A program made the translations under genes and the position numbers. Shown here in pieces: positions 1 to 12,304 of a DNA stretch of 64,000 nucleotides. The notes beneath the pieces are model-generated. The model saw nothing but the letters and a program-made list of their open reading frames with translations. It had not been told where the DNA came from and searched no databases. This stretch comes from Octopus vulgaris (lineage: Eukaryota). Numbering within the stretch: the stretch's first letter is position 1; each line of letters opens with the position of its first letter. The stretch lies in assembly GCA_951406725.2 (NCBI GenBank), contig OX597837.1, positions 14,880,001 through 14,944,000 on the forward strand. Direction: 5' to 3'.

Positions 1-137
1 CAATGGGCTACTGTACAGTTTCTGTCTACCAAATCCACTCGCAGGGCATTGGTCGGCCTAGAAGAGACTTGCCCAAGGTTCCATACAGTGGGACTGAACC
101 CAAGACCGCTTGGTTGGGAAGCAAGCCTCTTGACCAC
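1..137 (-). mobile_element. SINE family B (tRNA head plus CORE-like motif), 5' part only
   Basis: Reverse complement matches the head of the copies at 1277, 15938 and 44170 (GGTTCAGTCCCACTG...CCTTGGGCAAGT). Confidence 0.8.
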
Positions 138-560
138 CTGACTGGCTCCCCTGCTGGTGGCATGCAATAAGCACTATTCCTGTGTGGGTCGTTGCCAGTG
201 CCACCTGACTGGCTCCCTGTGCCAGTGGTACGTAAAACGCACCATCTGACCATGGTCGATGCCAGCACCCCCACTCCCTGCCCCAAACTGGCTCCTGTAC
301 TGGTGGCATGTAGAAAGCACCGTCCGAACATGGTCAATGCCAATGCTGCCTGACTGGCTCCTGTGCCCGTGGCACGTAAAAGGCACCCACTACACTGATG
401 GAGTGGTTGGTGTTGGGAAGAGTATCCAGCTGTAGAAACACTGCCAGATCAGACTGGAGCCTGGTGCAGCCTCCTTGCTTCCCAGACCCCAGTTGAACCG
501 TCCAACCCATGCCAGCATGGAAAGCAGACGTTAAACGATGATGATGATGATGATGATGAT
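138..560 (+). mobile_element. RTE-type LINE 3' UTR/tail (family C) with about 65-bp internal tandem units
   Basis: Repeated CCTGACTGGCTCC...TGGCA..TAAAAGCAC units, then the CCATGCCAGCATGG stem and a (GAT)n tail. The same tail is attached to RTE ORF remnants at 18800 and 52745. Confidence 0.75.
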
Positions 561-1276
561 ACACTCTCTATTTATTCATATTATAAGCAGCAAATAATAT
601 TTAACATTTTTATTATTATTATAAAGTAACTTATAACCAACGGAGGGAGCTAATGCACTTTTCGTTTCTTTTTTCTTTTCTTTTTTCTTTTCCTTTCTTT
701 TTGTTTCTTATCTCCTCTGCCCTTCTTATTCTGTGGGAAAATCTTTTCGAGGTCATCCTTTTTCTTAAAATGATATTCATGTCACACTGTCGCTGGCATA
801 GATGTCTTCTATTTTTAGAAACACTGAAATTATGAGAGAAAGTATTATTCGAGAGATGGGAAATGTAGGTTATTTATTATTTATGATTACAAGATGTCAC
901 AATAATTTCTATATTGCTCTGCTTAAATGATAACGAGTGTCTTTGTATGACTAAGTGTGTGTGTGTGTGTGTGCATTTATTTTGATATTCTTAAAATGTA
1001 AATTTAAGGCAAAGCATCATAAATCTGTCCTATGTACGTCGTTAGGATTACAAGATTTTTACTAATTTGCACAAATGTGCAAAATGCTTTCTTATATAGG
1101 CACAAGGCCATCAGGGGTGGGGGGTAGGGAGGGGTGGAGAGGGGCAAGAGTATAATCAATTATATCAACCCCCCATTATCTGACTGGTACCTTTTTTTTT
1201 TATTGCCTATTCCCTTACCACCACCACCCAAGGAGGAAAGGTAAAGTCAACTTCGGCAGGATTTGAACTCTTAACT

Positions 1277-1740
1277 ATGTGGTAAGAAGCTTGCTTTCCA
1301 ACCACATGGTTCTGGGATCAGTCCCACTGCATGGCACCTTGGGCAAGTATCTTCTATAGCCTCGGGTTGACCAAAGCCTTGTGAACAGATTTGGTAGAAG
1401 GAAACTAAAAGAAACCTGTCGTATGTATTAGGTATACATATAGTCTTGGGCCGACTAAAGCCTTGTGAGTGGATTTGGTAGATGGAAACTGAAAGAAGCC
1501 TGTCGTACATGTACATGTGTATGTTTGTCCACCACTACTTGAGAACTAGTGTTAGTGTGTTTACATCCCTGTGACTTAGTGGTTCAGCCAAAGAGATTGA
1601 TCGAATAAGTTCTAGGTTTTAAAAAGAAGTACAATAAGTACCGGGATCAATTTATGCGACAAATCCTTCAGGGCATTGCCCCAGAATGGCCACACTAATG
1701 ACTGAAATGAGCAAAAAAAACTAAAAAGAAAAAAAAAAGG
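1277..1740 (+). mobile_element. SINE family B with an internal duplication of about 85 bp
   Basis: A/B-box-like head and CCTTGGGCAAGT. The block AAAGCCTTGTGA...CCTGTCGTA occurs twice (about 1355-1430 and 1440-1510). Confidence 0.8.
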
Positions 1741-1877
1741 TATGTGGCTGAAACTTATAAATACCCGACAAATATTGATGCTACCCCAAGGGCCAGTTTT
1801 TGTCACAATGTGGTAGCTTGGGTGCCTCAATGACTGAGAATTGTGCTAGCATAGTTCAAGCCATGTCTGGTAAGTTC

Positions 1878-2255
1878 ATCATCATTTAGCATCTGTTGTC
1901 CATGCTGGCGTGGGTTGGACGGTTTGACTGGGCTGGCACACTGAAAGGCTGCACCAGGATTTAGTCTGATTTGGTATGGTTTCTACAGCTGGATGTCCTT
2001 CCTAATGCCGAGAGTGTAATGGGTGCATTTACGTGCCACCGGTATGGGTGCCATTTTCATGACACCAGTATCTGCCACAACTGCAATTTTACATGGTTTG
2101 ATGGGTCTTCTTCTGAAGCATGACATAAGGCCAAAGGTCTCGGTCATTGCCTCCGTGAGGTCCAACACTCAAAAGGTTCTCTGCCACTTTGCCTCCACGA
2201 GGCCCAACACTTGAAAGGAACTCAGCCATCTCACCTCCACGAGACCCCACCATCA
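1878..2255 (-). mobile_element. RTE LINE 3' end (family C) including decayed ORF end
   Basis: CATCATCAT tail and CCATGCTGG core on +; the minus strand encodes VLDLTEAMT, matching the ORF end at 52745-53120. Confidence 0.7.
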
Positions 2256-2298
2256 TCAATTCACTGCAGGGAAAGTTCACCATACAAATTATTTCTAT

Positions 2299-2420
2299 GC
2301 AGTAATCCCTTGCCATATCGCAGTTCACCTTTCGCAGTTTATTATTTAAGCTTATGTCATTCCTCCTCTGTGGTGTTGTTTTGCATTTGTAATAAAATAA
2401 ATATATACAATATAAAATGG
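2299..2420. mobile_element. Tc1/mariner (Tigger-like) MITE fragment
   Basis: Starts CAGTAATCCCTTGCCATATCGC; homologous in opposite orientation to 38060-38248. Confidence 0.5.
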
Positions 2421-2835
2421 AAATTGTAATTGTGGCTGATGCCATTCCCACCTGACTGTCTCCCATGCTGGTGGCACACAATAAGCACTATTCATGTGTG
2501 GGTTGTTGCCAGTGCTGCCTGACTGGCTACCAGTGCCAGTGGCACACAAAAGGCACCATCTGCATGTGCTTTGACCTTCAATACCTGCCAGTCTCTGACA
2601 TCGACAACAGGGAGTCTTTTTCTTACTGTTTATACAACGATGTTATCAAGTTCATTTAAATGGCAGCTTCACTGTTCTCTCTGTTACATCAACAGCCATC
2701 ATTGTACGCCATTCTACCCCTGTTTCTCCCTACCAAGAGTCCAGCACATCTGTCAGTCTCACCCTGGATATATATATGTTCAATTAGTCAAGCTTCAATA
2801 TGCCCTTTGCCTCGACCAGTTTCCTTTCCTCTGCG

Positions 2836-2963
2836 GGAGTCCAGCACATCTGTCCGTTTCCCTCCGGTTATCCCCCACAGTCCTCCTCACTCTGCTGGAG
2901 TCCAGCACATCTGTCCGTTTCCCTCCGGTTATCCCCCACAGTCCTCCTCACTCTGCTGGAGTC
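2836..2963. repeat. 61-bp perfect tandem duplication (2 copies plus partial)
   Basis: GGAGTCCAGCACATCTGTCCGTTTCCC... starts at 2836 and 2897; GGAGTC recurs at 2958. Confidence 0.95.
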
Positions 2964-4865
2964 AGGTGCATCTGTCAAACTTAATTATTTGCTTGTTGTT
3001 CTTTTTTTCTCTCTCTTTTGATAACAGATTCAGTATGATTAGTCAGTTCATGCAGCTTCTTTCTTCCTACCAACCATCAACCTGTTTGGCTCAAAGAAAA
3101 CCGAAGGCTGTGGAATCTTTCAGATTATTGTTTCATTTAACCACAATTTCTCACTAAAACCACTTATACAGTGTAACAAAAGCAAAAATCAAAAAGAAAG
3201 AAATAGTCCAAGGGATTTGCTAGTTGTCAACTTTGGCTAAAATTATAGAGGGAAATTAATGTTCATGTAAGTTTGGAAACCATGAGAAATGGTGGGGTCT
3301 GCCATATCAGGATTGTCTTTTTGTCAGAAAAAGAAAAAAATAGCTGTTAGTGAGATTTTTTCCAGTTGAAATTGTTATTCTCTCTCCGTCAAAAGGACAA
3401 ACTCTAAATGGTTGGTTACTCTTCAATCTACAGCATTCAGACTTTTCCAAATTCTTGAACGATTTATAGAGTGTGAAATGGAATGACCAAACTACCCCTC
3501 TGTTTGGCACTTCATTTTATCAAACACAGAAGAATGAAAGGAAAAGTTTAATTTCTGAAGAATTAAGCTTATAAATGAGCCAGAACAAATACCACAAGGC
3601 ATTTTTTCTAACACTAACAATTCTGTCTATTCACCACCATAATAATGATAATGATGATGATAATAATAATCTTTTCTACTGGAAGCAGAAGGCCTCAGAT
3701 TTGTTGGCAGGGGACTGGTTGATTACATTGACCCCAGTGTTTCACTGGTACTTAATTTATCAACTCCGAAAGGATGACAGGCAAAGTCAACCTTGGCGGA
3801 ATTTGAACTCAGGATGCAGTGACAGGCGAAATACTGCTAAGCATTTCTCCCAACTCGCTAATGATTCTGCCAGCTCACCACCTTAATAATAATAATCACT
3901 CTGACATTTGTAGACAATGTTCTCAGTTATACAAACAATTGACAAAGCCTTTTTATCCAAATGACCTTTATACACGAGCAGTGTGTTTGTTTTTGTGTGT
4001 GTATTCGCATATAGTTAAAAGTACATGTGTGCACCTTTTCAGCTGACTACAAATTAAAGATATTTTTGTACACTTGAAAGTGTAAATATTTCAAATTGAC
4101 TGTCAGAAAAACTTCAAAATACTTTTTGAACATTTGTGAGGGATGATGAACAGAATATTTTGGGGTCTCAGAAAAGAGTGCTTAGGGGTATTTGCTGTGT
4201 ATCTTTGCATTCTTGTGTTGAGGTCTCACTGTGCTCAACTTTATCTTTCGTCTTTCCAGGGTCGATAAAATAAAGTACCAGTTAAATACTATGGTTGATA
4301 GTATTGAATAACACCATTCCTTTAAAGTTGCTGGTTTCTGTTTCAAAATTAAAAACAATTATTAATGTGCTAAGATGAGATATAAATCTTAAGATATAGA
4401 ATATGGAAAAATGTTGAACTGAAGAAATATTTCAGTTAATTGCCGGCAATTAACTCCTTGGCAACGATAAAAAAACCCCTTTATTTTCAAGAGGTAAAAC
4501 AACCCCAAATCTTTTAATTTGAAAGGGAGGTAACTAAAAAGAGCTTAGCATTGATGATCAAGGGACATAACTTTCCCCTTAATTTTTTTAATTTTTTCCT
4601 TGGCAATTATTGTACCTGTTTGGCACACGGACTTCACCTGAGATCGTGTGTTGGAGTTGTGAGACATCGTGTTGGAGTCATAAGTATTCAAAAGATATAT
4701 TCGCTGTTGTATTCAGTATCAAATGTGTTTAGTATCAAACTCCAATATCAATCAATGTGTATGTATCATACACACACACACATATATATATATACTGGAG
4801 TAAGCACATAAATGTGAAACAAGGTGTCAAAAAGAGTACTCAAATACCAGAGGTAGAGTAACATG

Positions 4866-4941
4866 CTTTATTTAAAAGCAGCAGAAATATAACAAAAGCT
4901 GTTACTCAGCTTTTGTTATATTTCTGCTGCTTTTAAATAAA

Positions 4942-4942
<1 letters not shown>
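4866..4942. repeat. Perfect 36-bp inverted repeat with 5-nt loop
   Basis: 4866-4901 is the exact reverse complement of 4907-4942; loop TTACT; a (TA)n tract follows. Confidence 0.95.
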
Positions 4943-4998
<56 letters not shown>

Positions 4999-5023
4999 GT
5001 GTTTATAATGTATTTATCAATCA

Positions 5024-5058
<35 letters not shown>

Positions 5059-5734
5059 AAATATATAGCAGCTTGTGACTTTTGTAGTGCACAAATGTTA
5101 ACACACACGCACGCATGTATGCATGGTCTGAATCAGATTTGGCTACTCTTTTTACATGGAAAGGTAGCCTTATAGAGGCCATCTAATTGGTTCATTATAT
5201 CTATAATTGACAGAGGCAATCGAAAGCTAACCAGTTGTATTTCTTTATTACTAAATGTTTATGAAATATTAATGTTTTATTTTCTATGCTTCTGTTCTTG
5301 ATAATATAAATAGCAGTAATTCACTGGTGTCCAATTAAAACTCCATTAATCATGTGTGCTAAGCAAAAAATCTTGTCATTCTCTCTTCCCACTATGCTGC
5401 TTAGCTTTTAGTGTACCCCAGTCACTTAGTGGGCCCTTGACCCTGTATAAATTTTTATTGCATAATATGATTTTTATCTACACAAAGAGAAGTGTGTAGT
5501 CTATTGAATTGAACATGGTAAATATTTCCTGTAAAATGCAGTCCCGAAGCTGACTGGACTGGTAGGATTTGAACTCCGTCATTAATCAACAAAATTATTT
5601 CTCACTGCATTACCATCTCTACCATCTTTACAAATCTGATGATAATATCACAAAGATAAAATTAAGATAATCCCAACTCCCCAAAATTATTTTGAAAATA
5701 ATTTTAGGGTGTTGGGGTTAGTTGCATAATTATA

Positions 5735-5912
5735 TCTTGTTTTAGGTGAGTCATTCTGCCTATAACAATACACACACACTGGTTCAATATCATTTCTTTA
5801 TTGTTAGTCAGTTGGTTAAATAATCTAACCAACTAGCTAACAATTAAGAATTGATATCAAACCAGTGCATGTGTTTATTACAATTGGCTTGATGACCCTC
5901 CCAAGAGACAAC
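5735..5912. repeat. Imperfect palindrome of about 180 bp (foldback/MITE-like)
   Basis: CACTGGTTCAATATCATTTCTTTATTGTTAGTCAGTTGGTTA pairs with TAACCAACTAGCTAACAATTAAGAATTGATATCAAACCAGTG around a centre near 5822. Confidence 0.8.
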
Positions 5913-6852
5913 AAAATTTGTTTCAACACACGAATTCCCATCAAGAATCTTACAAATTTATATATTTTATTATTTAAGTTTGCATCCTTTCAAAACAAAG
6001 ATTGAAATTAAAACAGTTTCATATTATATATTTAAGAGGATTAATAAAGTTTGTTGAATAGTTCTCATTAGTCACGTTCATACGGCATCCTGTAAGAATC
6101 AAAATCGATTCTATGTTTCCCCATCGCAATATTGTAAGCGATTCTATAAGTAGCAATAAGCTATTTCACACATAATTTATGGTAGAAACATCCAAAATAT
6201 CTGTTTGTCTTCGTTTCTCATATAAAGTTCCCAGCTGAATTATCTCCCTTCCAACACCAACAGACAAGAACCATGTTTCTAGGGATTCTCAGTTCTGTAA
6301 ATTCATTTCTTCGAAGTCTTTTTCTAATCCTTTGATTTCCGTTTTCAACATTTTGCTACAGAATTAATTTAAGGAGGAAAAAAAACCCCGATATTTTCTG
6401 ATTTCTCAAAATGTAAAATGTTATTCTTATAAACCATTATCTTCAGTAATTAAAGGGATATTTTTAAAAAGATAATGAAATAAATTTTAAGCAACACTTA
6501 ACATTAAACATCAACAAAATTTCCAATAATTCAACAAAGGGTGCTTCTATGTGGTCGTTTGATCTGCTAGAAAAAGCAGCTAAATCATCCCCAAATCACA
6601 GTCTCCTTTCTTCATTATTAGGTGTTTTATTCTGAGATATGCACACATTATAGCAGAAAAGTTTCATATCAGAAACCATTATTTCTAAAAATATTTCTAG
6701 TTTAAATCCAATTTGATTCTCACTATAATATATCGAGGGCTGTGGTGGGTGATGGTTATTTGGGATCAAACTGAATGAAACAGCAAAAATGGGAACAGAA
6801 AGAAAGAAAAAAATGTTTGATATTCTGAAAAATTGTTATTTCAAAAACGTGT

Positions 6853-6947
6853 ATTTATTTCAATATTTTCTTATATTTCTAGGTAAGTGAACCATTGCTA
6901 TCATGTCTACTGTTGTTTACCTGTAATTTAAGTATTTCAAGGTAAGA
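6853..6947 (+). promoter_or_regulatory. Candidate recursive splice site (AG|GTAAGT) with 59-nt cryptic exon and downstream donor
   Basis: AG-free T-rich tract 6853-6880, AG 6881-6882, GTAAGT 6883-6888, second donor AAG|GTAAGA at 6942-6947. Confidence 0.4.
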
Positions 6948-6997
6948 TCTTAAATATTCAACATACTTTAATGTATAAAGCAAAAAATAAATGATAT

Positions 6998-7155
6998 ACT
7001 CTCGGAGTGGTTGGCATTAGGAAGGGCATCCAACTGTAGAAACTCTGCCAGATCAGATTGGAGCCTGGTGCAGCCATCTGGTTTGCCAGTCCTCAGTCAA
7101 ATTGTCCAACTCATGCCAGCATGGAAAGCGGATGTTAAACAATGATGATGATGAT
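6998..7155 (+). mobile_element. RTE tail (family C), 5'-truncated
   Basis: GGTTGGCATTAGGAAGGGCATCC...ATGCCAGCATGG...(GAT)n. Confidence 0.8.
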
Positions 7156-7529
7156 AAATGCTGAACCTGGCCCTGTCATCGTTATAACAGCTAAATGCTT
7201 AAAAAGACGAAAGAATTCATATTCCGTTTCCAACAATGGCTGTTTTGGCTTCTTTGTAAAAGCAACTTGAAGCTTAATAAAGCTCAGTCTGTTTCAGTTG
7301 TAAATTGGTGTCTATTTTGTTGTTATTGGTAGTCATGGTAATTCAAATGGAAACTCTGTGTTCCTCCATCAGAGGAACAGTCCATCTTCTTGGGTTGTAC
7401 ACGTAACCATTTAACCATCACATGCATCGCCAATAGTTCGTTGCAAACTTCATACCACTGGTGCAGCATTTTCATAATTTGAGAAAATAATTTATTCTGT
7501 ATCTCTGACATGGTTTTGAGGATAATGTG

Positions 7530-8020
7530 GTGGCATTAGGAAGGGCATCCAGATGTAGAAACCATGCCACAACAGGCTGTTGGAGTCTGGACAGCTCCCT
7601 GGTTGCCCAACTCCATATCAAACCGTCCAACCCATACCAGCATGGAAAACCGACGTTAAATGATGATGATGATGATGATGAGTGCTAAATCATCATCGTC
7701 ATCATTTAGCATTCATTGTCCATGCTGGCATGAGTTAGACAGTTTGTCCAGGGCTGCACCAGACCCCAGTCTGATTTGGCATGGTTTCTACAGCTGGATG
7801 CTCTTCCTAATGCCAACCACTCCGAAAGCGTAATGGGTGCTTTCATGTGCCACTGGCACAGGTGCCATTTGCGTGACACCAGTATCTGCCCTGACTATGA
7901 TTTCACTTGGCTTGATGGGTCTTCCTTCTCAAGCACAGCCTATTGCCAAAGGTCTCAGTCACTTGTCATTGCCTCTGGGGCCCAGCGTTCATAAGGTGCT
8001 CTTTGCATGCTACCAGCACA
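7530..8020. mobile_element. Two family C copies tail-to-tail (7530-7680 +, 7690-8020 -)
   Basis: (GAT)n ends at 7680 and (CAT)n starts about 10 nt later; both carry the family C body. Confidence 0.8.
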
Positions 8021-9271
8021 GGATATTAAAGTTAATTAAATGTTAAAGTTTAATTATGTAATCTTGTGAAAATGCAAAAACTTCACATTTCCTTATAATT
8101 AAGCATTATGCAGTGTGGTCCCACGAAACACATGGCCTTGCCCAGACTAAACCCCTCCACTTGGCACTTGAGGCAGGTTTCAGGGCTGGGTTTCAGTAGA
8201 ATCTGTACTTTTACAAACATTCAGGTCAGGTCTTCCTTCATCCTGGATATTGCCCTTCTCTTCGGACTCTTTGGATCAAAAGCATTTCATCCATTGCTCT
8301 ACCATTGTTTGTTCCACTTTGCCAAATTTCTCTTCAAAGACTTGATCTACAGAATAAAAATGAGTTGTTCTTATTGTTGCTATTATTTAACCCTTGGTTG
8401 GCATTTTGTCCACTTTCACATTCTGAATTCAAATTCCACTGAGGTTGACTTTGTCTTTCATCGTTTCGGGGTCAATGAAATAAGGACCTGTTAAGCAATG
8501 GGGTTAATGTAATTGACTAGCCCACTCCCTGAAAATTTCAGGCCTTGTTCATATGTTAGAAATGATTATTTAACCCCTGGTAAAGTAGTCCTGTGATCAG
8601 AGGGATTCCAGTTATGACCACCTCTTTACACATGTATCGCAGCCGTCCAAGAATTTGGACCTGGAGATCTCCATTTCCAGCGACTTTGAGGGCCACCTCC
8701 CAGTGGTGTCGGGCGTCAACGAAGAGCCCTCGACTACAACAAGACGACCAAAGTTTTTTTTTTTCCAAGGTCCTGTGGTCTCTTGCCCCTAAGCCCTAGA
8801 CCACCACCTAATCACCCTTACCCGCCTTGTTGCTTAACAACAACAACAAGTATTGCACATATGTTGAAGATCTGTGGTTAGAGCTATGACTAATGTGTCC
8901 CAATTTTGAGACTGTCAGGGTGTTATTATACAATTTATTTAGGACAGTAACATGTGATCTGAGGGAGATATGACCTGTTATGTCTAGCAGATTGAATGAC
9001 CAAATGACGACACAGGAGCTCCCGCTTTGGCTCCTTATGCAAATGAAGTATGATTTGAGGGAGATTTAGCTGCTTTATCTAGCAAGTTGAATGACTATGT
9101 AGAGGCTGTGATTTTTAGCAGGTCAAATGACTGCTGCTATTACTACTACTACTACTAACACTACCACTATTACTGCTACTAACTCAACTATCAACACACT
9201 ACTACTATTGCCATGAGCACTATTAGCCCCACCACATCCACTGCCACCACCACCCTCACCATCACCATTTG

Positions 9272-9309
<38 letters not shown>

Positions 9310-9542
9310 GCCACCACCATCACCCCCCCCCAACCTCTGTGTAAGGAATAGGTTGTGTGTATATAGTATTGTTACAAGTAATTTTTTAAGAGAAAGGAAT
9401 GGTGGGTGGGTGGAGGTGGCAACCCCCCTCCCCCTTGCTGGCAACAAGCAGGGGTTTATGTAAGATTAAGACAGAGGACTCCCTCCCACCCCTAAACTGT
9501 GCAAAATGTCTTGGAAGGAGGACAGGACAGGACAAGAAAGCT

Positions 9543-9761
9543 AACACACACACACACATATATATGTATATGTGTATATGTATATGTGTATATGTATGTA
9601 TATATATATGTATGTATATATACACACACACACACACACATATATATATATGTATATGTATATGTGTATATGTATGTATATATATACACACACACACATA
9701 TATATGTATATGTGTATATGTATATGTGTATATGTATGTATATATATATGTATGTATATAT

Positions 9762-9793
<32 letters not shown>

Positions 9794-9885
9794 GTATATG
9801 TGTATATGTATATGTGTATATGTATGTATATATATGTATGTATACACACACATACATATATATATATATATGTATATGTATATAG
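9543..9885. repeat. Compound CA/TA/TATG microsatellite with higher-order periodicity
   Basis: Recurrent (CA)n-(TA)n-TGTATA blocks; source of several spurious ORFs. Confidence 0.95.
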
Positions 9886-10577
9886 TACAAAGTAAGATAG
9901 GGGTTATGGGTGTAACCCACCATGGGATATCATTTATCTATTGACTTACATAATATTTTTGTATGCTTTTGATATTCTCATTTTGTAAAATGAATAAATA
10001 ATCTAACATTCTGATGAACAAACTAAATTTCTTTCTCCATTTTCTTATTTGTATTATATATATATATATCTCCAAAAGTTTGTGCCAGAGTATAAAGTGA
10101 AAAGTCTTGAATATATATCTGGATAACAGCAAAAATGTGTGTGTGTGTGTGTGTGTTTGTTGCCTTGCCCTGCCCTCCTTTTATTTGTGTCTCCCCCTGC
10201 AGAGAACGGAAGCCAAAACCCAAGCCTATTGTTGTATCGCACATGTGTTGACGGTCTGGTGTTTGGTTTTGAAATCTTCTCCAAAACATGAGAACTTTCT
10301 CGGGAGAAACGAACCACATGGCAATGTCTTCTCACACGGAATCCATGTAATACAGGAAGTGGAGGGGTTTTGTGTGTTATTGGGAAATACAATGAGACCA
10401 TCAAGGTGGGAGAACTGTTAAGGTGTTGGACAAAGTGCTTGTATGTCCCAGCTGTTAGCATTCAGTGTTCAAATCCTACAAGGGCCAGTTTTGCTTTGGG
10501 TTGACTGTTTTTAATCCATGCAAGGTTAAGTTAGCAGTCAAGTCCTGAGGGACAATAATATCAATTTGTCCTCTCCT

Positions 10578-10779
10578 ATGACCTTTTAGCATTCAAACCG
10601 GTCATATCCAGCCTCTTTATTCTCAGACTGGCCAGATCCAACATCTCACACCTACCCTACAATGTCATTCTAAAAATAGACAATCACATCATTGAAATTT
10701 CAAAGTTATTAGACAATGCATGATTAATTCCAAAACGATGTGAATAAATAAGCATTAAATTTGAATGCTAAAGGGTTAA
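10578..10779. mobile_element. piggyBac-like MITE
   Basis: Terminal inverted repeats ACCTTTTAGCATTCAAA / TTTGAATGCTAAAGGGT; TTAA at the right end, left end degenerate. Related copy at about 16580-16790. Confidence 0.55.
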
Positions 10780-11436
10780 GCATAGTACTTGTTTAATTGG
10801 TCTTTTTTGTCAAACTGCTTCGTTATGGGAATGCAAACAAACCAACACTGGTGGTTGTGACATGGGCGGTTACAAGCACAAAGGCACACAAGCTGGGAGA
10901 ATCATTAGAATGTTGGAGTAAATGCTTTGCAGTATTTGTTCTGGCTCTTTACATTCTGAGTTCAAATCCTGCTTGAACCAACTTTGCCTTCCAGGGCCAA
11001 TAAGATCCCAGTCAACTTCTGGGTTTCAATTGCTGGCCCATGCCTAAATCAGAGGCCATTATTATGAACTAAAGGAATCATTTGGTGATATTTTAGTCTC
11101 AGCACAGCCCTTATAAAGCTGCTAATCTATCATCATAAGCAATTTGGTCGTTCTGACCTGAACTGAGATCTTCTGAAGCAGTGAGTACAAACGTGATGTG
11201 AAATATAGATAAGAAACCACCAATCTGACCGAAATAGTAGAAAGGCTTCGGTGGAGTAAGTGTTTGTTTTAATAAAAAGAAACGGGAGGTTGGTTGAGTT
11301 GCAGGTGTTGTTTATAAGAAAACTAATTGCTTTGTAAATCACAGACAAAATGGTGATGGAATTGGATGCGAGAAAAGTCAAATATTCAAATTATGACTCA
11401 AGGAAAATTTCTGAAAATATTTATTTTAGTTGTGGT

Positions 11437-11449
11437 TAATAATAATAAT

Positions 11450-11513
<64 letters not shown>

Positions 11514-11530
11514 ATAATAATAATAATAAT
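11437..11530. repeat. (AAT)n tract with interruptions every 30 bp; tail of the adjacent minus-strand SINE
   Basis: Direct reading; an older family A SINE follows at about 11531-11715. Confidence 0.9.
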
Positions 11531-12304
11531 GGTTTCAAATTTTGACACAAGGCCAGAAGGGGTGAGGAGTCAATTAAATCAACCCCAGTGCTCAACTGAT
11601 ACTTAGTTTTTTGATCCCCAGAAGGGAAAAAAGCAAAGTCAGCCCTAGCAGAATTTGAACTCAGAACATAAAGACAGACAAATTACCATGAGGCTTTATG
11701 CCCTCCCACCATTACTTAATTAGTGTTGATCTGTTTACATCTTCATGACTTAGCAATTTGACAAAAGAAACTGAATAAATATAAGGTTTAGAATTAAGTA
11801 GGAAGATTGATTTGTTCAACTAAAACCTTTTGTGCCCCAGCATGGTCGCAGCTCAACAACTGCAAAAGTAAAAGATGAATGGTAAAAGTTTTTTTTTTTA
11901 AATGCTGTCATGTGACAATGATTATGTTGTCGGGACATGTAAAAGCAAAGGTGATGAGTTCAAGATCGACTGGAAGCAGTCTTGTATTTTGTCGTTCAAC
12001 AAAAACAAATGACTTTCCTCAATGAAATCTCACTCATTGTTTCTCGGTCCACTGGTTTAGTGTTAAGAAATGCAGTCAACCATGGAACCATTGCTTTAAA
12101 GAATCTCTGTAACGAAAAGTTAATGAGAAATTCTCAGAAGGAACGCAACTTACGAGAATCAAGTTCATACGGAAAAACAATTGAACAGACCTATTAAGAA
12201 CTGCTTTGCAATGCACAACATTTTTGTGTCTCAGAGAAACAAAAATAGATTCCAAGTAGTCTGCGAGGAAACGGTTAGAATCGGTGCAGTTGTAGCTGTG
12301 TTTA

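Noticed and set aside
7230-7515. Possible transposase relic on the minus strand
   Set aside because: Only vague motif similarity across stops and frameshifts.
9386-9944. Long ORFs of Y/I/H/T/C/V/M residues (also near 13.1-13.6, 17.2-17.7, 29, 32, 45.7 and 59.5 kb)
   Set aside because: They are translations of TA/CA microsatellites, which lack stop codons.
10203-10346. Candidate internal exon after a strong acceptor (similar case at 3028)
   Set aside because: Weak donor and no recognisable peptide; unsupported without RNA data.
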